64,000 nucleotides of DNA from Monocercomonoides exilis PA203 (Eukaryota; Protista; Preaxostyla), in contig LSRY02000027.1 in NCBI GenBank assembly GCA_001643675.2, positions 248,001-312,000 of the forward strand, read 5' to 3'. The stretch's first letter is position 1; each line of letters opens with the position of its first letter. Made by a program: the position numbers and the translations under genes. This document shows positions 59,439 to 64,000 of this stretch, one piece after another. The notes under the pieces are model-generated. The model saw only the letters and a list, made by a program, of their open reading frames with translations. It did not search any database and was not told where the DNA came from.

Positions 59439-60872
59439 ATGTCTAGCTATCTCTACAGAGATATCGAGTTACTTCAACAACAAGTTACAAAACAATCAGA
59501 GCTTGTTGATCGTTTGAGTGCTAATGAAAAATATATGGATGCTGCACGTGAAAACCAGAAACTTGAAGCTTTAAAAAGATCCCTTTCTGATAAGAAGAAA
59601 GAAGCTCTTGAAGCGGAACAAAAGGAAGACGAAGCACGATTAAAAACGACCTACAATACAACAGTTCGATCTTTTTCTCGAGATTGGGACGATGAAATGA
59701 GAACATTTGAGGATGAAGCAACTTATAAGATTTCAGAAATGAAAGTTTGAAAAAAAAACGGATATTTTTGTTCATTTTCATATTCACTTAATCATTATAT
59801 TAGTCACGCCATAATGCAGAAATTAGAGAGATACAAGCAGAATTAGATGCTGAACCTTTTCCTCCTTTGAATCCTTCAAGAGAATTAAGAAATCTGAGAA
59901 AGTCGCAGCAAGAAAATGCAAATGCAAAAAAGTTTGGCTAAGAATTTATATTCTGAAAGATTTTTGAAATGTTGAATCATAACTTTTCACAGATTTGAAG
60001 AAGCACAAAAGATAAAAGAGACAGCCGATCAATTAGTATGTTCATATTTAACTATAGTTGTTTATTTTCGTTTCACTGTTTTATTTTAGGAAGAACGAGA
60101 ATATGCTCGCCATGAAGCTGCTGAAAGGCAAAGGAGAATAAGTATAATTAACAAAAAAAGATTGGAAAATATGGACGAGCTGTCTGTTCTGTATAAGAAA
60201 ATTGATAAAGAAAGACAGGCCAAGCTAAGTGATAGGCAGCAAAGCAGTCAAGCGTTTGATAATTGTAATTCACTGTTTCAAAATTTGTAATAATTTCTAA
60301 ATGTCAAAATACATTCTTTTTTTATTGAAATATTATTTCTCTCGTTCTCACATTGTATTTGAAATACCCAATAAATCAGACTTCAAAAGAGGTTCAAATA
60401 CGCCATCCACGATGAAAAGAAAGACCAGGAAGTAGAAAAACGAGAGCTGAATCGGCAGGAGTCGTTCAGGCGCTGCCGCGAAGCTTCACACCATCCTGTC
60501 ACCACTCGCGGGCTGAGAGAGTCATTTGTGGCAACAGTCGGAAAAGATGCCTTTGCCACAAGAGCATTCGGTGGAACAGCACAGCTCATGCGCTCGTCGC
60601 TTTCATCGTCAGGCGGACTGGGCGGTTCGTTTGATTCGTCTTTTGGTGGAGGCATTGGAAGATGGGGTGCAACTGCTTCTTCTTCATCATCTTCTTCATT
60701 GTCTCCCTCTTCATCTCCTCTTTCCACTCGAAGCTTTGGATCGACTTTGGGATCGACATCTTCTGTTTCTGAGACCAGGCCTCGCTGTTATGATTCCACA
60801 TTCAAGTACAGATCTCCCTCTGCTCCGAGACAGACTGCGACTGCAACTGGAACAAGAAGGAGAATGTGGTGA
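59439..60872 (+). CDS. Coiled-coil protein with G/S-rich tail, 5 exons
   Basis: Four GT-AG introns give a continuous frame from MSSYLYRD to GTRRRMW*. Confidence 0.78.
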
Positions 60873-60920
60873 GAGATGAGGAAATATAATGAAGGAGATG
60901 ACTAAGAAGAAAACTGTGAA

Positions 60921-60962
60921 TTGAGAGAGAAAGAGAGAGAGAGAGAGAAAGAAAGAGAGAGA
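60921..60962. repeat. (GA)n-rich microsatellite in 3' region
   Basis: gagagagaaagagagagagagagagaaagaaagagagag. Confidence 0.8.
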
Positions 60963-61706
60963 AAAAAAAGAGTGAGACTGTTTTTTCATATGCTTTAGAT
61001 TAATTGTTTATGACTGTGAGTGAAGAGTGAAAAAAAGTCTTTTTGAAATTTCTTATTTATTTATCTATTGCTTTTCCTTCGATTATTATTAATTATTTTA
61101 TTTGAAAGGAGAAAAAGCAAATGTGTGTTACAATTTTTAGTTCATTTAGTCTGAATGAAAGAGGACTGGAGGTTTTGAATTCTGCATTTGATCTTCCACA
61201 TTCTCTTCTATTTGTGTCTATGTATATTCATTCCACTTTTGTCTTTGCACAACTTTTTTTATCTTTTGAGGAGAGATTATTGAATAACCTTTTGAAGTCA
61301 AGCTCCAACTCTATTCCAAGTAAATACAATGTTTTTCTCATGTCAAAGAATTCCACGCTCTTATATTTTGTTTTTCTTTCTTTCTTTTCTTTCCTTTGAA
61401 TAAATTTTGAACACAAAAAACATTCCAAAAATTTGAGATAATACAAAATTATTACCACACAAAGGTGTGCTTAATCTCTGGTAAATCACACATAACACTG
61501 AATATTGAAAACAAAACATAACTTTTTAATAAAATGAACGAAAACGAGAAAAATAAAAGAAAAAATAACACATGAAATAATGTACTGGAATAAAGAATAT
61601 AGACAAACAACAATGAAACACTGGAACAATAAAAACAAATAAATAAATAAAAATAAAATAATAATAATAATAACAATCAAATACTTTCAATCCAAATGAA
61701 GCACAT

Positions 61707-64000
61707 TCACTCAAAAAGAGAATGAGAAGTCAGCCATCTCCTGACAAAAGAGCGGAAAAACGAAATTTCCTTCGAGGAGCATCCAAACAGAGGGCCGCAC
61801 ACACGCATCACTTCAAAGGAAGCAGCCAAATCTCTCTTTGCATCGAGCTTCTTCGCAAACGGGTTGGGGGCCATCTGCGATGTGATGGAGGAAAGAGAAG
61901 AGGAAGAAGAAGAGGTGGCCATGGAGAACACAGCATCGTCTCCATCTGAGTCTCCCAGTGCTGCGTGGAGCGCGTGGAGGGTCAATTCCACAGTATGCGG
62001 GAGAGAAGGGCGGGCGAGCGAGTGGGCAGACTCCGAAAGAGTGAGAAGAGTCAGCTCTTTCTCTGAGATGTCACACACAAGCTGACGGCGCGCATCGTCA
62101 GATGGAAGGAAGTTCTGTCCGAAGACAAGAAGGATGTTCAGAAGAGACAGTACAAGCTCAATAGATGGGATGATCGAGGTAGACACAGCTGAACGTGAGG
62201 AGAGAGATGAAGAGAGAGAATGAGAAGAAGAAGAGGAGGAGGAAGAGGAAGAAGACAAACCAGATGAAGGAGAAATAGCAGACAGTTGAGAAGAGGAGTA
62301 TGCCATCGAGCGATTTGAATGCAAACGAGAAGAAGAAGAAGAAGAAGCAGGCGATGCTAAAGAAGAAGATGGTTGTGGAGTGTTCTGCAGTGAGTGCACC
62401 ATCATCTCTGTGAAGTGTTCTAAGTCGTCCAGAAGAGACCGCCAAATCTTCTGCCACAATTTCACTTCGACGGCAACTGAGGAGGTGAAACGAGGGCTTT
62501 CAGAATTGGAAGAAGAAGAATTTGAAGAAGAAGAAGAGGAGGTGGAAGAAGAAGAAGAATTAGATGAGATGGATGTGCCACCTGCAGATGCTGGCAGATC
62601 TCCTGGTGATTGCAATGAAGATGATGAAGCTTGCCCTCCAGCTGTTTTTCCCTTGTCTCCCAATGAAGAAGAGCGGAATGCGGGCAAACAAGACGCAAAT
62701 CCAGAGAAAGAGAAAGAGTTTGAGCCAGAAAGAGAAGAAGGAGATGAAGAGAGAAGAGTCTTCAGACGAGAGGCGCCATACATTACACGATACATCACAC
62801 ACAAGACTTTTCTGTTGGATAAAGACAGATAATATTGACATAAGTACATTGGATACACATTCATATGAATAACAGGGGAAAAAAGAAAGAAAGAAAGAAA
62901 GAAAGAAAATAATAAATTAATAAATTAATAATATTTATAAGTTTTTATTTAAATTCATAGGAGAATAGGATAGCCAACAGACCTTGTTTCATCAGGCTCA
63001 ACAATTGAGTGGCTGACACACAATCTGATGTACTCAGAGGCAGATAGCACAACAGCACATGCACTTGCTGAGGGGCCATAAAATGTAATGCAAGTTGTTG
63101 TTTCATCACTTGATGAGGAAGAACCAGAGTCTGCCGAAGAAGATGAAGACAAGGATGGACTTGCCGGAGAAGTTGAAGAAGAAGAGGAAGAAGAAGAAGC
63201 TGTCCCATCTGAGCTGTTGTTAGCATCTCCTTCCTTCTTCTGTTTCTCCCCCTGTTTCGTGAGGCTCTTGAACCAGCCTCCCATCCTCTCCACGAGCAGC
63301 GCCATCGGCTGCAGCACTTTCTCCCTCACGGCTGACAGGAAGCTCCACTGAGAGGGCTGTCTGAGTGTGACAGTAATGCCTCGCGGCGGCTGTGTCCGGA
63401 TGAGGGCGATGAGGAGGCGGTCACATTGAGCATAGAACAGGAAGATGTTGTGGAGGAGATGCAGACAGTGGAACAAGGGAGTGTCTGAAAGGGATTGGGG
63501 GGAGGAAGTGGGTGAGGAAGAAGATGGTGATAGTGATGGAGAAGAATAGGAAGAGGAAGAAGGAGAAGAAGGAGAAGAAGAATACGATTGAGACAAAGGA
63601 GTTGATGTTTGTGCTGTGACAGGAGTGGAGAATGACATGTTATGCGATGCATCTGACAGGGCAATGGAAAGAGTGGAGTGCAAATTGACAAGAAGAGAGA
63701 TGAACTCATAAACAGACTCATTTTCTGACAGAAGCACATTGATGGAAGGAATGGGAGGGGTTGAAGGAGAAGGCGGTTGAAGATTAGATGAGACAGATGC
63801 AGAAGAAGAAGAAATGATTGAAGAAGAAGAAGAAGATGATGATGATGAAGATGAAGACAAAGCAGGCCGTAGCACATCCACCATCCACGCGAGGAATGCA
63901 GAAGAAGACGAGAGGTGATGCACAATCAGCAATGCAGAGACAAGCAAGTCAGGCACAGAAGAGCACTCTTTCTCTCCTCTCTTTCTCCGCCAGCTGTCTG
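61707..64000 (-). CDS. ARMH3: ARMH3/C10orf76 (UPF0668)-like protein, 3' part, with Ser-rich inserts
   Basis: LSLLNILLVFGQNFLPSDDARRQLVCDI resembles the ARMH3 motif LxxFNxFITYGDTFLP...YDELYYEI. Also WQKIWRSLL and the terminal EISFFRSFVR. Intron 62812-62982. Confidence 0.6.

Noticed and set aside
55654-61313. Giant hAT-bounded element from CAGGGTTGGA (55654) to TCCAACTCTA (61304-61313) capturing host genes
   Set aside because: No matching 8-bp TSD (tttttgtt versus ttccaagt), and a 10-mer match is plausible by chance. This also tempers confidence in the 16059-16068 TIR.
61121-61714. Short hydrophobic ORFs between convergent genes
   Set aside because: AT-rich 3' UTR-like sequence giving F/I/L/Y-rich spurious translations.
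1-64000. Host genome using a TAR=Gln code
   Set aside because: Long host ORFs (1633 and 4248 codons) have no internal TAA/TAG, and genes end at TAA/TAG after plausible C-termini.

Overview
AT-rich eukaryotic genomic DNA with short GT-AG introns, the standard genetic code and extremely Ser-rich proteins. The gene families and composition point to an oxymonad, most likely Monocercomonoides (inference). Left third: an ankyrin gene tail, a lineage-expanded helical protein gene, a decayed hAT-like remnant and a 1633-aa GGA/FxxC beta-helix surface protein. These are followed by a ~7.5-kb cluster of dead DNA transposons: a TIR-bounded Merlin/ISXO2 element apparently nested in a hAT element, a small inverted-repeat MITE candidate, a pogo/Fot DD35D transposase and ~21-bp arrays. 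Middle: an NTPDase/apyrase, a coiled-coil gene, an ARM gene, two small genes, and head-to-head striatin-like and giant WDR7-like WD40 genes. Right: a near-perfect 743-bp inverted duplication carrying an intron-containing tRNA-Tyr in each arm, tRNA-Pro, three small genes (one a Cys-rich secreted protein) and the 3' part of an ARMH3/C10orf76-like gene. The most striking structure is the tRNA-Tyr palindrome. It shares a hairpin motif, a hAT-like terminus and a 21-bp periodic repeat with the transposon cluster ~40 kb away. All family assignments come from motif recognition by eye; no searches were run.
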